Below, in pieces: positions 9,612 to 20,127 of a DNA stretch of 64,000 bases (the first letter of the stretch is position 1; each line of letters opens with the position of its first letter). The stretch comes from an uncultured Candidatus Binatia bacterium (lineage in GTDB: Bacteria; Desulfobacterota; Binatia; UBA9968; JAJDTQ01). The position numbers and the translations under genes were made by a program. The stretch is taken from NCBI GenBank assembly GCA_964291295.2, contig OZ219754.1, forward strand, positions 1,600,001-1,664,000, given 5' to 3'. The notes beneath the pieces were generated by a model. That model did no database searches and was not told where the DNA came from. It saw nothing but the letters and a program-made list of their open reading frames with translations.

Positions 9612-10952
9612 ATGGAACTGGAGGACAGAAAGATCCTGGTGCTGGGACTTGCCCGCACAGGTCTGGCCGTGGCGCGGTTTCTCGCCGACCGTGGCGCGCG
9701 GGTGGTGGGCGTGGACGCCTCCCCGGCAGGGCGGATGGCGCCGGCGAGGGACGCGCTGGCACGGTTGCCGGTGCCGGCGGACTGTCATTTCGGGACCGGG
9801 GAGATGGCTTGGCTCGACGGCGTGGACGCGGTGGTTCCCAGTCCCGGGGTGCCGCGGAACCATGGACTGCTGGTGGAAGCCGTCCGCCGTGACATCCAGG
9901 TGCTGAGCGAGATCGAACTGGCGGCGCGGTTCGGCCGCACCCCCATGGTGGCCATCACCGGGACCAACGGCAAGACCACCACCACCCGGCTCGTGGCCGC
10001 CATCCTTGAGGCGGCCGGACTGCGGGTCTTCGCCGGCGGCAACCTTGGCCGGCCGCTCATCGAGTCCGTGGACGGAAGCTGGGACTGGGGGGTGGTGGAG
10101 GTCAGCAGCTTCCAGCTCGAATGGGTGCGGGACTTCCGGCCGCGCGTCGCCCTCTGCCTCAATCTCAGCGAGGACCATCTCGACCGTCATGACGGCTTGG
10201 CGAACTACGGCGCGGTCAAGGCCCGGATCTTCGCCGCCCAGCAGTCCGACGATGTCGCCGTGCTGAACCGGGACGACCCCTGGGTATGGGGACTGCGCCG
10301 CCGACTGGCGGCCCGGCGGGTCTCCTTCGGCTGGTCGGAGGCGGCGGAGGGAGCCTTCGCAACCGCGGACGCGGTGGTCTGGCGCGGCGGCGCGGCGGAA
10401 GAGCGCTTCCCCCGGACCGACCTCCGGCTGCCCGGGGTCCACAACGTGGAGAACGTCATGGCGGCGGTCTGCGCGGTCAAGGCCGTGGGCGTGAAGGCAC
10501 GCCACATCCGCGCCGCCGTGAAGCGGTTCCCGGGCATCGAGCACCGGCTGGAGTTTGTCCGGGAGCTCGCCGGGGTACGGTACTTCAACGACTCCAAGGG
10601 CACCAACGTGGGTGCCGTGCGGAAGTCTCTGGCCAGTTTCGATGGCCCCGTCGTGCTGATCGCCGGCGGGGTGGACAAGGGCGGCAGCTACCGGGGGCTG
10701 GAGCCGCTGGTCCGGGAGCGGGTGCGCAAGCTGATCCTGCTGGGCGCTTCCGCGGAACTCATGAAAAAGGCCCTGGGACACCTGACCGACACGCGGGTGG
10801 TGAAGGATCTGGAGGAGGCGGTTCGCGAGGCCCGGGCCGCCGCCCGCGCCGGAGATGTGGTGCTGTTGTCGCCCGCCTGCTCGAGTTTCGACATGTTCGA
10901 GAACTACGCCGAACGGGGGCGCGCGTTCAAGGAGGCGGTGCGGTCCCTATGA
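9612..10952 (+). CDS. murD: UDP-MurNAc-L-Ala--D-Glu ligase MurD
   Basis: AITGTNGKTTT, EVSSFQLE, DHLDRH, NDSKGTN, LSPACSSFDMF. Confidence 0.96.
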   Translation: MELEDRKILVLGLARTGLAVARFLADRGARVVGVDASPAGRMAPARDALARLPVPADCHFGTGEMAWLDGVDAVVPSPGVPRNHGLLVEAVRRDIQVLSEIELAARFGRTPMVAITGTNGKTTTTRLVAAILEAAGLRVFAGGNLGRPLIESVDGSWDWGVVEVSSFQLEWVRDFRPRVALCLNLSEDHLDRHDGLANYGAVKARIFAAQQSDDVAVLNRDDPWVWGLRRRLAARRVSFGWSEAAEGAFATADAVVWRGGAAEERFPRTDLRLPGVHNVENVMAAVCAVKAVGVKARHIRAAVKRFPGIEHRLEFVRELAGVRYFNDSKGTNVGAVRKSLASFDGPVVLIAGGVDKGGSYRGLEPLVRERVRKLILLGASAELMKKALGHLTDTRVVKDLEEAVREARAAARAGDVVLLSPACSSFDMFENYAERGRAFKEAVRSL

Positions 10953-12049
10953 GCGGCATTCGCAACGTGGATCGCTGGATGCTCGCAAGCCTGCTGGCGT
11001 TGCTTGCCATCGGCATCACCATGGTGCTGAACACCAGTTGGCTGTTTGCCCAGGAACGCTTCGGCGACGGCTTCTACCTGTTCCGCAAGCAGCTGGTGTC
11101 CACCGGCGTGGGGCTGTTGGGACTGGCGGCGGCCCTGTGGCTGCCGCCGTCGGTCTGGCGGCGCCTCGCCGTCCCGCTGCTCGCCGTCGCCCTGATCGCT
11201 CTCGTGCTCGTGCTGATCCCGGACGTCGGCGTGGCCAGGGGCGGCGCCCGCCGTTGGCTGGGCTTCTCGCTGTTCCTGTTCCAGCCGTCGGAGATGGCCA
11301 AGGTCTGTTTCGTACTGTACCTGGCGTACTCTCTCTCCAGACGGGCCGAGCGGCTGGACGGCTTCGTGTCCGGGGCGCTGCCCCCGCTGCTGGTGACCGG
11401 GGGGTTCGTGGCCCTGTTGCTGGCCGAGCCGGATTTCGGCTCGGCTTTCATGCTTGCCATCCTGGCCATGGCCATGCTGTTCGTGGCCGGCAGCCGGGTG
11501 AGGCATCTGGCCTGGGTGGCGGCGGCGGCGTTTCCGGCGCTGGTCCTGCTCATCATGTCCGCCGACTACCGGGTCAAGCGGCTGTTGAGCTTCCTGGATC
11601 CCTGGAGCGATTCCGCCGACAGCGGCTTCCAGATCATCCAGTCCTACATCGCTTTCGGCTCCGGCCAGTTGTGGGGCCGCGGCCTGGGCCAGAGCCGGCA
11701 GAAGCTGCTCTACCTGCCGGAGGCGCACACGGACTTCATCTATTCGGTGATCGGCGAGGAGCTGGGTTTGTGGGGCGCGCTCCTGGTGGTGGCCCTGTTC
11801 GGCATCCTGCTGTTTCGCGGCCTGCGGCTGGCCCTGGACAGCGAGGACGCCTTCACCCGGTTGATGGTGTTCGGCCTCACCATGCTCCTGGGGCTTCAGG
11901 CGCTGCTGCACATGAGCGTTGTCATGGGTCTGGTGCCCACCAAGGGGCTGGTGCTGCCGTTCGTCAGTTACGGCGGTTCGGCCCTGGTGGTTCACATGAC
12001 GGTTGCAGGGATGCTCCTGGGCGTTTCCTGGAGACGGGCATGCGGCTGA
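10949..12049 (+). CDS. ftsW: Peptidoglycan glycosyltransferase FtsW
   Basis: GARRW, FQPSEMAK, LPEAHTDFI, LPFVSYGGS; SEDS family. Confidence 0.96.
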   Translation: MSGIRNVDRWMLASLLALLAIGITMVLNTSWLFAQERFGDGFYLFRKQLVSTGVGLLGLAAALWLPPSVWRRLAVPLLAVALIALVLVLIPDVGVARGGARRWLGFSLFLFQPSEMAKVCFVLYLAYSLSRRAERLDGFVSGALPPLLVTGGFVALLLAEPDFGSAFMLAILAMAMLFVAGSRVRHLAWVAAAAFPALVLLIMSADYRVKRLLSFLDPWSDSADSGFQIIQSYIAFGSGQLWGRGLGQSRQKLLYLPEAHTDFIYSVIGEELGLWGALLVVALFGILLFRGLRLALDSEDAFTRLMVFGLTMLLGLQALLHMSVVMGLVPTKGLVLPFVSYGGSALVVHMTVAGMLLGVSWRRACG

Positions 12050-13119
12050 TCGTGGCCGGCGGCGGCACCGGCGGGCACCTCTTCCCGGGCCTGGCCGTGG
12101 CGCGGGAGTTCCGGCGGCGGCACGGGGAGGCCCGAATCCTGTTCGTGGGCAGTCGGTGGGGCATTGAGGCCCGGGTGATGCCCGAGACCGAGTTCGCCCT
12201 GGAGTTGTTGCCCATTCGCGGCCTCAAGGGCCGCGGCCTCAGGGGATTGCTGGAGGGTCTGTACGGTATACCCGCAAGCCTGTGGCGCGCGCGCGCCATC
12301 ATCCGCCGTTTCGATCCCCAGTGCATCATCGGACTCGGCGGCTACGCTTCGGGTCCGCTGTTGCTGGCCGGGGTGTCGCGGCGCGTCCGCTGCGCCATCC
12401 TGGAGCAGAACCTGCGCCCCGGGATCACCAATCGTGTCCTGGGCCGGCTGGTGGATCGGGTCTTCACGAGCTTCCGTGAGAGCGCCGCCTGGTTTCCCGC
12501 GGCCAAGGTGGTGCTGACGGGGACGCCGGTGCGGTGGCGCCGGCTGCCGGAGGTAGAGCGGGAGCAGGGGGATCGATTTCATCTGCTGGTGTTCGGCGGC
12601 AGCGCGGGCGCCCATCGGATCAACCAGGCGGTGTTGGGCGCGCTGGCCAGCCTGGGCGACTTGGCGGCCGGATTCCGGGTCACGCACCAGACCGGCGGCG
12701 CGGACGAGGCCAGGGTGAGGGAGGGTTACAAGTCGCTTCCCTGCACGGCGGAGGTGCTGCCGTTCATCGACCGCATGGACAGCGCGTATGGGAAAGCCGA
12801 CCTGGTGCTCTGTCGGGCCGGGGCCTCGAGCCTGGCGGAGCTTGCGCTCTTCGGCAAGCCCGCGGTGTTGATCCCGTATCCGTATGCGGCCCACGACCAT
12901 CAGAGGCTCAATGCGCTGGCACTCAAGGAGGCCGGCGCCGCGGAGGTGTTGGTGGAGCCGGAACTGACGGCTTCGAGTCTGGCCGAGCTCCTTCGTGCGC
13001 TCCACGGGGATGCCGGCCGGCGACGGGCCATGGGCCGCGCCGCGGCGCGCCTTGGCCGCGAGGACGCGGCCCAACGGATCGTGGACGAGTGCCGCGCTCT
13101 CGTTCCCGAGTGGTCGTGA
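12040..13119 (+). CDS. murG: Undecaprenyl-PP-MurNAc-pentapeptide GlcNAc transferase MurG
   Basis: AGGGTGGHLFPGLA, GGYASGP, FGGSAGA, CRAGAS, HQRLNA. Confidence 0.96.
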   Translation: MRLIVAGGGTGGHLFPGLAVAREFRRRHGEARILFVGSRWGIEARVMPETEFALELLPIRGLKGRGLRGLLEGLYGIPASLWRARAIIRRFDPQCIIGLGGYASGPLLLAGVSRRVRCAILEQNLRPGITNRVLGRLVDRVFTSFRESAAWFPAAKVVLTGTPVRWRRLPEVEREQGDRFHLLVFGGSAGAHRINQAVLGALASLGDLAAGFRVTHQTGGADEARVREGYKSLPCTAEVLPFIDRMDSAYGKADLVLCRAGASSLAELALFGKPAVLIPYPYAAHDHQRLNALALKEAGAAEVLVEPELTASSLAELLRALHGDAGRRRAMGRAAARLGREDAAQRIVDECRALVPEWS

Positions 13120-14513
13120 TGGTTCCAGGGGCTTTCGAAAGACGCCACCGGGTGCATTTCGTGGGCATTGGCGGCGTCGGGATGAGCGGTATCGCGGAGG
13201 TCTTGTTGAATCTGGGTTACGAAGTCAGCGGCTCCGACCTTCAGGAGAGCGACGCCACCGGGCGGCTACGCTCCCTGGGTGCGGAGGTGCACATCGGCCA
13301 TGACGTCGACAATCTGGCCGAAGAGCTCTCCGTGGTGGTCATTTCCACCGCGGTGCGGTTCTCCAACCCGGAAGTGATGGCGGCCCGGGAGCGGCGCATT
13401 CCGGTGATCCCGCGGGCCGAGATGCTCGCCGAGCTCATGCGCATGAAGTACGGCGTCGCGGTGGCGGGCAGCCACGGGAAAACGACGACGACGTCGATGA
13501 TCGGACACGTGCTGACCGAGGCGCGCATGGACCCGACGCTGGTCATTGGCGGCCGGGTGCGGTCCCTGGCCGGTAACGCGCAGGTGGGCCGGGGCGACAT
13601 CCTGGTCGCCGAGGCCGACGAGAGCGACGGCACCTTTCTGCTGCTTTCGCCGTCTCTGGCGGTGGTGACCAATATCGACCGCGAACACGTGGAGTACTAC
13701 GGCACTCCGGAAGGGCTGGCCGAGGCGTTCCTGGAGTTCATCGACAAGGTGCCGTTCTACGGCGTCGCGGTGCTCTGTCTCGACCATCCGACGGTCCGCG
13801 GGCTGCTCCCCCGGGTGAACAAGCGGGTGGTCACCTACGGCCTCTCGGCGGACGCGGATTTCAGTGCGGAGAACGTCCGGACACGGCAGATGGAGTCGCG
13901 GTTCTCCGTTCTCCACCAGCGGCGGGCACTCGGCCCCGTGACCCTGCCCATGCCGGGCCGGCACAACGTTGCCAACGCCCTGGCCGCCATCGCCGCGGCG
14001 GCGGAGCTGGGCATCGACTTTGCGGCCGCTGCCGCGGCCCTGGGCTGCTTCGCCGGGATACACCGCCGGTCCGAGGTCAAGGGAGAGGCGGCCGGAGTTC
14101 TGGTCATGGACGACTACGGGCACCATCCCGCGGAGATCGAATCCACCTTGAGGGCCGTCATCGAGGGTTGGGGCCGCCCCCTGACCGTGGTCTTCCAGCC
14201 GCACCGCTACAGCCGTACCCGGCAGCTTTTCGAAGATTTCGTGTCGGCCTTCGACCGCGCCCGCCGGCTGATCGTCACGGATATCTACGCCGCGGGAGAG
14301 GAGCCGGTGCCGGGGATGGGCAGCGAGGAGCTTTGCCGCGCCATCCGGCGCCGGGGTCACATGGAGGTGGAGTTCGTCGCCGCCAGGGACGATGTCGCCG
14401 GCGCGCTGCTGCCTCGGCTCGCGGACGGGGACATGGTCCTCACCCTCGGGGCCGGGGACATCTACAAGGTCGGGGAGGCGCTGCTTGAGTCCTTGCAGGC
14501 ACAGAGGCAATGA
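13119..14513 (+). CDS. murC: UDP-N-acetylmuramate--L-alanine ligase MurC
   Basis: HFVGIGGVGMSGIA, GSHGKTTTTS, EADESDGTF, DDYGHHPAEI, FQPHRYSRT. Confidence 0.97.
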   Translation: MVPGAFERRHRVHFVGIGGVGMSGIAEVLLNLGYEVSGSDLQESDATGRLRSLGAEVHIGHDVDNLAEELSVVVISTAVRFSNPEVMAARERRIPVIPRAEMLAELMRMKYGVAVAGSHGKTTTTSMIGHVLTEARMDPTLVIGGRVRSLAGNAQVGRGDILVAEADESDGTFLLLSPSLAVVTNIDREHVEYYGTPEGLAEAFLEFIDKVPFYGVAVLCLDHPTVRGLLPRVNKRVVTYGLSADADFSAENVRTRQMESRFSVLHQRRALGPVTLPMPGRHNVANALAAIAAAAELGIDFAAAAAALGCFAGIHRRSEVKGEAAGVLVMDDYGHHPAEIESTLRAVIEGWGRPLTVVFQPHRYSRTRQLFEDFVSAFDRARRLIVTDIYAAGEEPVPGMGSEELCRAIRRRGHMEVEFVAARDDVAGALLPRLADGDMVLTLGAGDIYKVGEALLESLQAQRQ

Positions 14514-15424
14514 CCATCGATCCGTTGATCCGGGAGCTGGGCCGCATCGCCGGCATTGCGGTCCGGATGCGCGAGCCGCTGGCCCGCTACACCTCCATCA
14601 AGGTCGGCGGACCGGCGGATTACTTCGTGGAGGCGAACACGGGCCCCGGGTTGAGCGCCTGCCTGGAAGTCGTGGCGCGCCGCGGCGTGCCGGTACTGCT
14701 GCTGGGCAACGGCAGCAATCTGCTGGTGAGCGACCGGGGGGTGCGCGGGGTGGTGCTGCGGCTGCGAGGCGAGTTTCGCGGGGTGCGCTGGCGGAATGCC
14801 GGGGCCGACGTGGGCGCCGCCTGCGCGGTGAGCCGGCTGGTGCGGGGAACCGTGCGCCGCGGATTGGGCGGCCTGGAGTTCGCCGAGGGGATCCCCGGCA
14901 GCGTGGGCGGTTCCCTGGTGATGAATGCCGGGGCCTACGGATCGGAAATGGAGCGGGTCGTGATCCGGGTTGACGCGGTGAGCGGCGGCGGCGAGCCGTT
15001 GACTTTCGGGCGGGAGGCGCTGCGCTTCTCCTATCGTGAGACGCGCCTGCCCGAGGGCGCCGTCGTCACCCGTGTCGGCCTGATCCTGACGCCCGACACC
15101 CCGGAAGTGGTGGAGGCCCGCATGCGGGCCATCCAGGAGCGGCGCCGGGAGAGTCAACCGATGGGGTATCCGAACTTCGGTTCGGTGTTCCGCAATCCGC
15201 CGGGCGGCCACGCCGGCAGGCTGATCGAGGCGTCGGGGCTCAAGGGCCTGCGGGTGGGCGGTGCCGAGGTGTCCCGGCGGCACGCGAACTTCATCGTCAA
15301 CCGCGGCGGCGCCCGGGCGGAGGACGTTCGAACATTGATCGAGCAGGTGAGCCGCAAGGTGGCGTGCCGGTATTCGATCACCTTGCGGACCGAGGTCCGC
15401 TTCGCCGGGGAGTGGCCGCCATGA
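14510..15424 (+). CDS. murB: UDP-N-acetylmuramate dehydrogenase MurB
   Basis: KVGGPAD, LGNGSNLLV, GIPGSVGG, MNAGAYG, GSVFRNP, HANFIVN. Confidence 0.96.
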   Translation: MTIDPLIRELGRIAGIAVRMREPLARYTSIKVGGPADYFVEANTGPGLSACLEVVARRGVPVLLLGNGSNLLVSDRGVRGVVLRLRGEFRGVRWRNAGADVGAACAVSRLVRGTVRRGLGGLEFAEGIPGSVGGSLVMNAGAYGSEMERVVIRVDAVSGGGEPLTFGREALRFSYRETRLPEGAVVTRVGLILTPDTPEVVEARMRAIQERRRESQPMGYPNFGSVFRNPPGGHAGRLIEASGLKGLRVGGAEVSRRHANFIVNRGGARAEDVRTLIEQVSRKVACRYSITLRTEVRFAGEWPP

Positions 15425-16386
15425 ACCGGCCCCGGACAAGCTGTCGAAACCGGCGGGTGGGCGTCCTCTACGGCGGTCCTTCGGCGGAACGGGAGGTGTC
15501 GCTGGTGTCCGGCCGGGAGGTGGCCGGCGCCTTGCGGCAACGGGGTTACAAGGGCGTGTCCCTCATCGATGCGGGGCGGGGCCTGCCGGGACAACTCCGG
15601 CAACGGAGAATCGAGGTCGTGTTCAATGCGCTGCACGGCAGAATCGGAGAGGACGGCTGCGTGCAGGGGCTGCTGGAGGTCATGGGGATTCCCTACACCG
15701 GTTCGGGGGTCACCGCCTCGGCGTTGTGCATGGACAAGGTGTTGACCAAGGAAGTCCTGGTCCGGAAGCGCATTCCGACGCCGCCGTACCGGGTCGTGGC
15801 CGGGGACGACGAGGCGCTGTCGAAACTCCCGTTGCCGGCGGTGGTGAAGCCGCGGGCCGAGGGGTCGTCCATCGGCGTCACCGTCGTGCACCGGCGAAGG
15901 GAGCTTGCTCCGGCGGTGCGCGAGGCATGTCGATCAGGCCGGGATGCGCTGGTGGAGCAATACGTGACCGGCAAGGAGATCACCGTGGGGCTCCTGAACG
16001 GCCAGGCGCTGGGAGTTACCGAGATCAGGCCGGCGAAGGGGTTCTACGATTTCAAGGCCAAGTACACCTCGGGCATGGCCACCCACGTCTTTCCCGCCCC
16101 CTTGCCGAAGGCCCTCTACGGCAGGGCCTTGCGGCTGGCCGCCCGGACCTGCGCCGCGTTGGGGTGCGAGGGGGCGCCGCGGGTGGATTTCCGGATCTCG
16201 CCGCAACAGCGGCTGTATGTGCTCGAGGTCAACACGCTGCCCGGGATGACCCCGCTGAGCCTCTTGCCGGAGATTGCCGCGGGGGTCGGCATCGATTTCG
16301 GAGAGCTGGTGGAGCGGATTCTCGACGGCGCCTCGCTGAAAAACGCCGTTGCGCCCGGGAGTGTGCGGGAGGTGGACCATGGCTAG
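15421..16386 (+). CDS. ddl: D-alanine--D-alanine ligase
   Basis: GGPSAEREVSLVSG, ALHGRIGEDG, YDFKAKY, LEVNTLPGMT. Confidence 0.96.
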   Translation: MNRPRTSCRNRRVGVLYGGPSAEREVSLVSGREVAGALRQRGYKGVSLIDAGRGLPGQLRQRRIEVVFNALHGRIGEDGCVQGLLEVMGIPYTGSGVTASALCMDKVLTKEVLVRKRIPTPPYRVVAGDDEALSKLPLPAVVKPRAEGSSIGVTVVHRRRELAPAVREACRSGRDALVEQYVTGKEITVGLLNGQALGVTEIRPAKGFYDFKAKYTSGMATHVFPAPLPKALYGRALRLAARTCAALGCEGAPRVDFRISPQQRLYVLEVNTLPGMTPLSLLPEIAAGVGIDFGELVERILDGASLKNAVAPGSVREVDHG

Positions 16387-17218
16387 TCCACGGGTCCGGT
16401 TCGGCCGGGTTCGCTGGCGTTGGCCGGGTCTGGCGGCGGTCTGCGGTCTGGCGGCCGTGCTGGCATGGGCGGGCCACGAATACGGTGCAGGTTTCCATCG
16501 CCATGCACGGCAAACCCTGGAGGCGGCGGTGGAGCGTGCGCGGACTGCGGTGCGGAGGACCACGGGTCTCTTCATGGCGCACCGCTATTTCGCCATCCGG
16601 GAGGTCAAGGTCCTGGGGGCGGACAAGGTCAAGGGCGCCGACCTGGTGGTGATGTCCGGTCTGGGACCCCATACCCGCATCTGGAGCATCGATCCGGCGG
16701 AGCTTGAGGAACGGGTGCGGCGGCATCCCTGGGTCAAGTCGGTGCTGCTGCGGCGGGAGTTGCCGGCGCGCCTGGTGATCCACATCGAGGAATGGAGCCC
16801 GAGTGCCATCGTCGCCCTGGACAAGCTCTACTACGTGGCCAACGACGGTGTGATCTTCAAGGCGCTCGACGAAAAGGATTCCGTCGACTTTCCCTTCATC
16901 ACCGGCCTGCGGGCCGCGGGCCTGCCGCCGCACGAACCGGCCACGCGGAAGCGGCTGTCCCAGGTGGCGGCGCTGGGACGGCGGGTGGAAAGGGCGTCGC
17001 TGGGCCTGTCCGAGATCCGCTTCGAGCCCGACGGCGGCATCGTTGTCTACCCGGTCTCGTTCGCGGTGCCGTTCCGCATGGGCTGGGGTGACTGGGACGA
17101 GAAGCTTCATCGGTTGGGGTGGTTCGTGCGGGAGTTTCGGGGCAAGGGGGCCCGTTTCCGGGCCGTTGATTTGAGTTTCCGGGGACAGGTGGTGGCGCAC
17201 CCGCGCGGACGGGTGTGA
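16379..17218 (+). CDS. ftsQ: Cell division protein FtsQ/DivIB
   Basis: N-terminal TM and POTRA-like PWVKSVLLRRELPARLVIHIEE; position between ddl and ftsA. Confidence 0.88.
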   Translation: MASPRVRFGRVRWRWPGLAAVCGLAAVLAWAGHEYGAGFHRHARQTLEAAVERARTAVRRTTGLFMAHRYFAIREVKVLGADKVKGADLVVMSGLGPHTRIWSIDPAELEERVRRHPWVKSVLLRRELPARLVIHIEEWSPSAIVALDKLYYVANDGVIFKALDEKDSVDFPFITGLRAAGLPPHEPATRKRLSQVAALGRRVERASLGLSEIRFEPDGGIVVYPVSFAVPFRMGWGDWDEKLHRLGWFVREFRGKGARFRAVDLSFRGQVVAHPRGRV

Positions 17219-17256
17219 TTCGACGATCAGGATCCGGACCACAGGCGGGAAGATCC

Positions 17257-18486
17257 ATGGCCAAGAAGACCCATATTGTCGTTGGGCTCGATATCGGCAC
17301 CCACAAGATCTGTGCCGTGGTGGGCGAGCAGACCGAGCAGGGACCCGAGGTGGTGGGAGTCGGCATCAGCCCGTCGCTGGGCTTGCGCAAGGGCGTGGTG
17401 ATCAATGTCGAGGCTACCATGGACGGCATCCGGAAGGCGGTGGCCGAGGCGGAGATCATGGCGGGCTGCGAGATCAATACCGTCTTCGTCGGCATCGCCG
17501 GGGGCCACATCCGCGGTTTCAACAGCCACGGGGTCGTGGCCATCAAGAACCGGGAAGTGACCGGCGCCGACGTGGAGCGGGTCATTGACGGAGCCAAGGC
17601 CGTGGCCATTCCCATGGACCGGGAGGTCCTCCACGTGCTGCCCCAGGAGTTCGCCGTCGACGATCAGGATGGCATTCAGGATCCTCGGGGAATGGCCGGG
17701 GTCCGGCTTGAGGCCAGTGTTCACATGGTCACGGGCGCGGTGGCGGCGGCACAGAACATCATCAAGTGCTGCAACGGAACGGGGCTCAACGTCGCGGACT
17801 TCGTGCTCGAGCCGCTGGCGTCGGCCGACGCGACCCTGACCAAGGAAGAGAAGGAGGTGGGAGTGGCGCTGGTGGACATGGGCGGCGGCACCACCGATAT
17901 CGCGCTGTTCCACGGCGGCTCGGTGAAGCACACGGCGGTGTTGAGCGTGGGAGGGAACCATCTCACCAGCGACATCGCCGCGGGTCTGCATGCCCCGATG
18001 GCCGCCGCCGAGCAGTTGAAGCAGCGCTTCGGGTGCGTGGAGACCGACCTGGCCAACCGCGACGAAATGCTGGATGTGCCCAGCGTGGGGGGACGGAGCC
18101 CCCGATCGGTGTCACGCCAGATCCTCTGCGAGATCATCGAGCCGCGCCTGGAGGAGGTGTTCCACCTGGTGCGGCGGGAGATCGGCAAGTCCGGTTACGA
18201 GGATGGTCTCGTGTCGGGCATCGTGATGACCGGCGGCACCACGCTGCTGCCGGGAATCGTCCGGATGGCGGAACGGCTCTTCGACGTGCCGGTGCGCCAG
18301 GGGGTGCCGGCCAACGTCACGGGGCTGGTGGATGTGGTCTCCAGTCCGGTCTACGCCACCGGCACCGGGCTGTTGCTGCACGGGCTCAGGCAACGGGACC
18401 GGAATCTGTTTCGAATCCGCGACAACGAACATCTGTTCTGCAGGGTCCGGGGCCGCATGACCGAGTGGTTCAAGGAGTTCTTCTAG
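17257..18486 (+). CDS. ftsA: Cell division protein FtsA
   Basis: [38 protein letters not shown]-terminal WFKEFF amphipathic helix. Confidence 0.97.
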   Translation: MAKKTHIVVGLDIGTHKICAVVGEQTEQGPEVVGVGISPSLGLRKGVVINVEATMDGIRKAVAEAEIMAGCEINTVFVGIAGGHIRGFNSHGVVAIKNREVTGADVERVIDGAKAVAIPMDREVLHVLPQEFAVDDQDGIQDPRGMAGVRLEASVHMVTGAVAAAQNIIKCCNGTGLNVADFVLEPLASADATLTKEEKEVGVALVDMGGGTTDIALFHGGSVKHTAVLSVGGNHLTSDIAAGLHAPMAAAEQLKQRFGCVETDLANRDEMLDVPSVGGRSPRSVSRQILCEIIEPRLEEVFHLVRREIGKSGYEDGLVSGIVMTGGTTLLPGIVRMAERLFDVPVRQGVPANVTGLVDVVSSPVYATGTGLLLHGLRQRDRNLFRIRDNEHLFCRVRGRMTEWFKEFF

Positions 18487-18595
18487 CCGAAGGAAGGCGG
18501 GAGTGGCGGCCCGGCCGCATGTCGGGCGCCGCTTTTCGCATGAATTGAAGACGTCGTTGAATATGTCAACGCAACAGGGAAAAGGAGGAAGCGGC

Positions 18596-19816
18596 ATGTT
18601 TGAAATGGTGGAACCGATTGATTCCGGAGCCAGGATCAAGGCCATCGGCATCGGCGGCGGCGGCAACAACGCGATCAACACCATGATCGACGAGGGGCTC
18701 AAGGGGGTGGACTTCATCGCCGCCAACACCGACAGCCAGGCGCTGGACGCGAGCCGGGCCGAGATCAAGGTGCAGATCGGCGATTCCCTCACCAAGGGGC
18801 TCGGGGCCGGTGCCAACCCGGAAGTGGGCCGGCGCGCCGCGATGGAGGACAAGGAGCGCATCCGCGAATATCTCACGGGCGCGGACATGGTCTTCATTAC
18901 CGCCGGGATGGGCGGCGGCACGGGAACCGGCGGCGCTCCGGTGATCGCCGGCGTGGCGCGGGAAGTGGGCGCGCTCACGGTGGGGGTGGTGACCAAGCCC
19001 TTCGTCTTCGAAGGGAAGCGGCGCATGTACCAGGCGGAGGAGGGAATCCGGGAGCTCAAGGACAAGGTGGACACCCTTGTGGTCATACCGAACCAGCGGC
19101 TTCTCAGTATCGCCGGCCAGTCCACGACGCTGCTGGAGACCTTCAAGGTGGCCGACAGCGTGGTGACACAGGCGGTGCGGGGCATCGCGGGCCTGATCGT
19201 GACGCCCGGGCTCATCAATCTCGACTTCGCCGACGTGCGCACGGTCATGAAGGAGATGGGCTTCGCGCTCATGGGCGCGGCTTCGGCAAAGGGCGAGAAT
19301 CGTGCCGTCGAGGCGGCCCAGCAGGCCATTTCCAGCCCGCTGCTGGAAGACGTATCCATTGCCGGTGCCCGCGGCGTCCTGATCAACGTCACCGGTGGTC
19401 CGGACACCAGCCTGTTCGAGGTCAACGAGGCGGCCACCCTCATACAGGGCGAAGCCCACGAGGAGGCCACCATCATCTTCGGGGCCGTCATCGACGAGAC
19501 GCTGGAGGAAGAGATCCGGATCACGGTCATCGCCACCGGGTTCGGTGACGGCGGTGTCCGGATGCCGGAGGCCGCGCCCGCCGGGCCGCGGACGGCGGCG
19601 GGGCCGAAACAGGGGTCGCTGGGGCTGGGCGGCAAGGACACCAAGGGCAAGAAGGTCGTTCACTTCGGCACCCTTGAGGATGACGGGTTCGCTGATCTGA
19701 ATTGGCAGCCGGGGAAGGATCTGCCGGCGTCGGAGAGCCCCTACGATCTCAAGGAGGACGAAGTGGCCGAAGACGACTTCGACGTTCCGACGTTCCTGCG
19801 CAAACGGACGGACTAG
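18596..19816 (+). CDS. ftsZ: Cell division protein FtsZ
   Basis: [28 protein letters not shown]-terminal DVPTFLRK. Confidence 0.98.
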   Translation: MFEMVEPIDSGARIKAIGIGGGGNNAINTMIDEGLKGVDFIAANTDSQALDASRAEIKVQIGDSLTKGLGAGANPEVGRRAAMEDKERIREYLTGADMVFITAGMGGGTGTGGAPVIAGVAREVGALTVGVVTKPFVFEGKRRMYQAEEGIRELKDKVDTLVVIPNQRLLSIAGQSTTLLETFKVADSVVTQAVRGIAGLIVTPGLINLDFADVRTVMKEMGFALMGAASAKGENRAVEAAQQAISSPLLEDVSIAGARGVLINVTGGPDTSLFEVNEAATLIQGEAHEEATIIFGAVIDETLEEEIRITVIATGFGDGGVRMPEAAPAGPRTAAGPKQGSLGLGGKDTKGKKVVHFGTLEDDGFADLNWQPGKDLPASESPYDLKEDEVAEDDFDVPTFLRKRTD

Positions 19817-20049
19817 ACGGGCCTGCGGCGCTGCAAGAGCAGCGGGAGGAGCCCCCAGACGCCGAGAATCAACCCGGCCAGGGCCCAGCCGGCTTGGTGG
19901 CGTCCGCCGTGCCGGGCGACGATGAGGCACAGAACGCCGTCGCACAGGTGGATGGCCGCCAGGGTCGCCAGCAATGCGTGGGGCTCCAGATCCGGCCTGA
20001 TGAAGTGGAGGCCGGAAAGGCGTGAAAGCAGTGCGGCGAGGTCTGCCAT
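19813..20049 (-). CDS. Small hypothetical membrane protein (2 TM)
   Basis: 78 aa with an AAGGA RBS and two hydrophobic segments; fills the gap between ftsZ and mtnA. Confidence 0.6.
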   Translation of the reverse strand: MADLAALLSRLSGLHFIRPDLEPHALLATLAAIHLCDGVLCLIVARHGGRHQAGWALAGLILGVWGLLPLLLQRRRPV

Positions 20050-20072
20050 TCGGTGTCCTTGACGGGGTGTCC

Positions 20073-20100
20073 TTGACGGTCGTCGTCAGGGTACTATATT
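20073..20100 (+). promoter_or_regulatory. Probable sigma70 promoter of mtnA
   Basis: TTGACG (20073-20078), 16 nt, TATATT (20095-20100). Confidence 0.5.
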
Positions 20101-20127
20101 GAAGTTCGACTGGAAGATGAAGCCGAC

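Noticed and set aside
3402-19945. Long antisense and alternative-frame ORFs over the dcw genes (e.g. 733, 729, 520, 512 aa)
   Set aside because: Shadow ORFs caused by high GC and codon bias; the opposite strand carries clear conserved genes.
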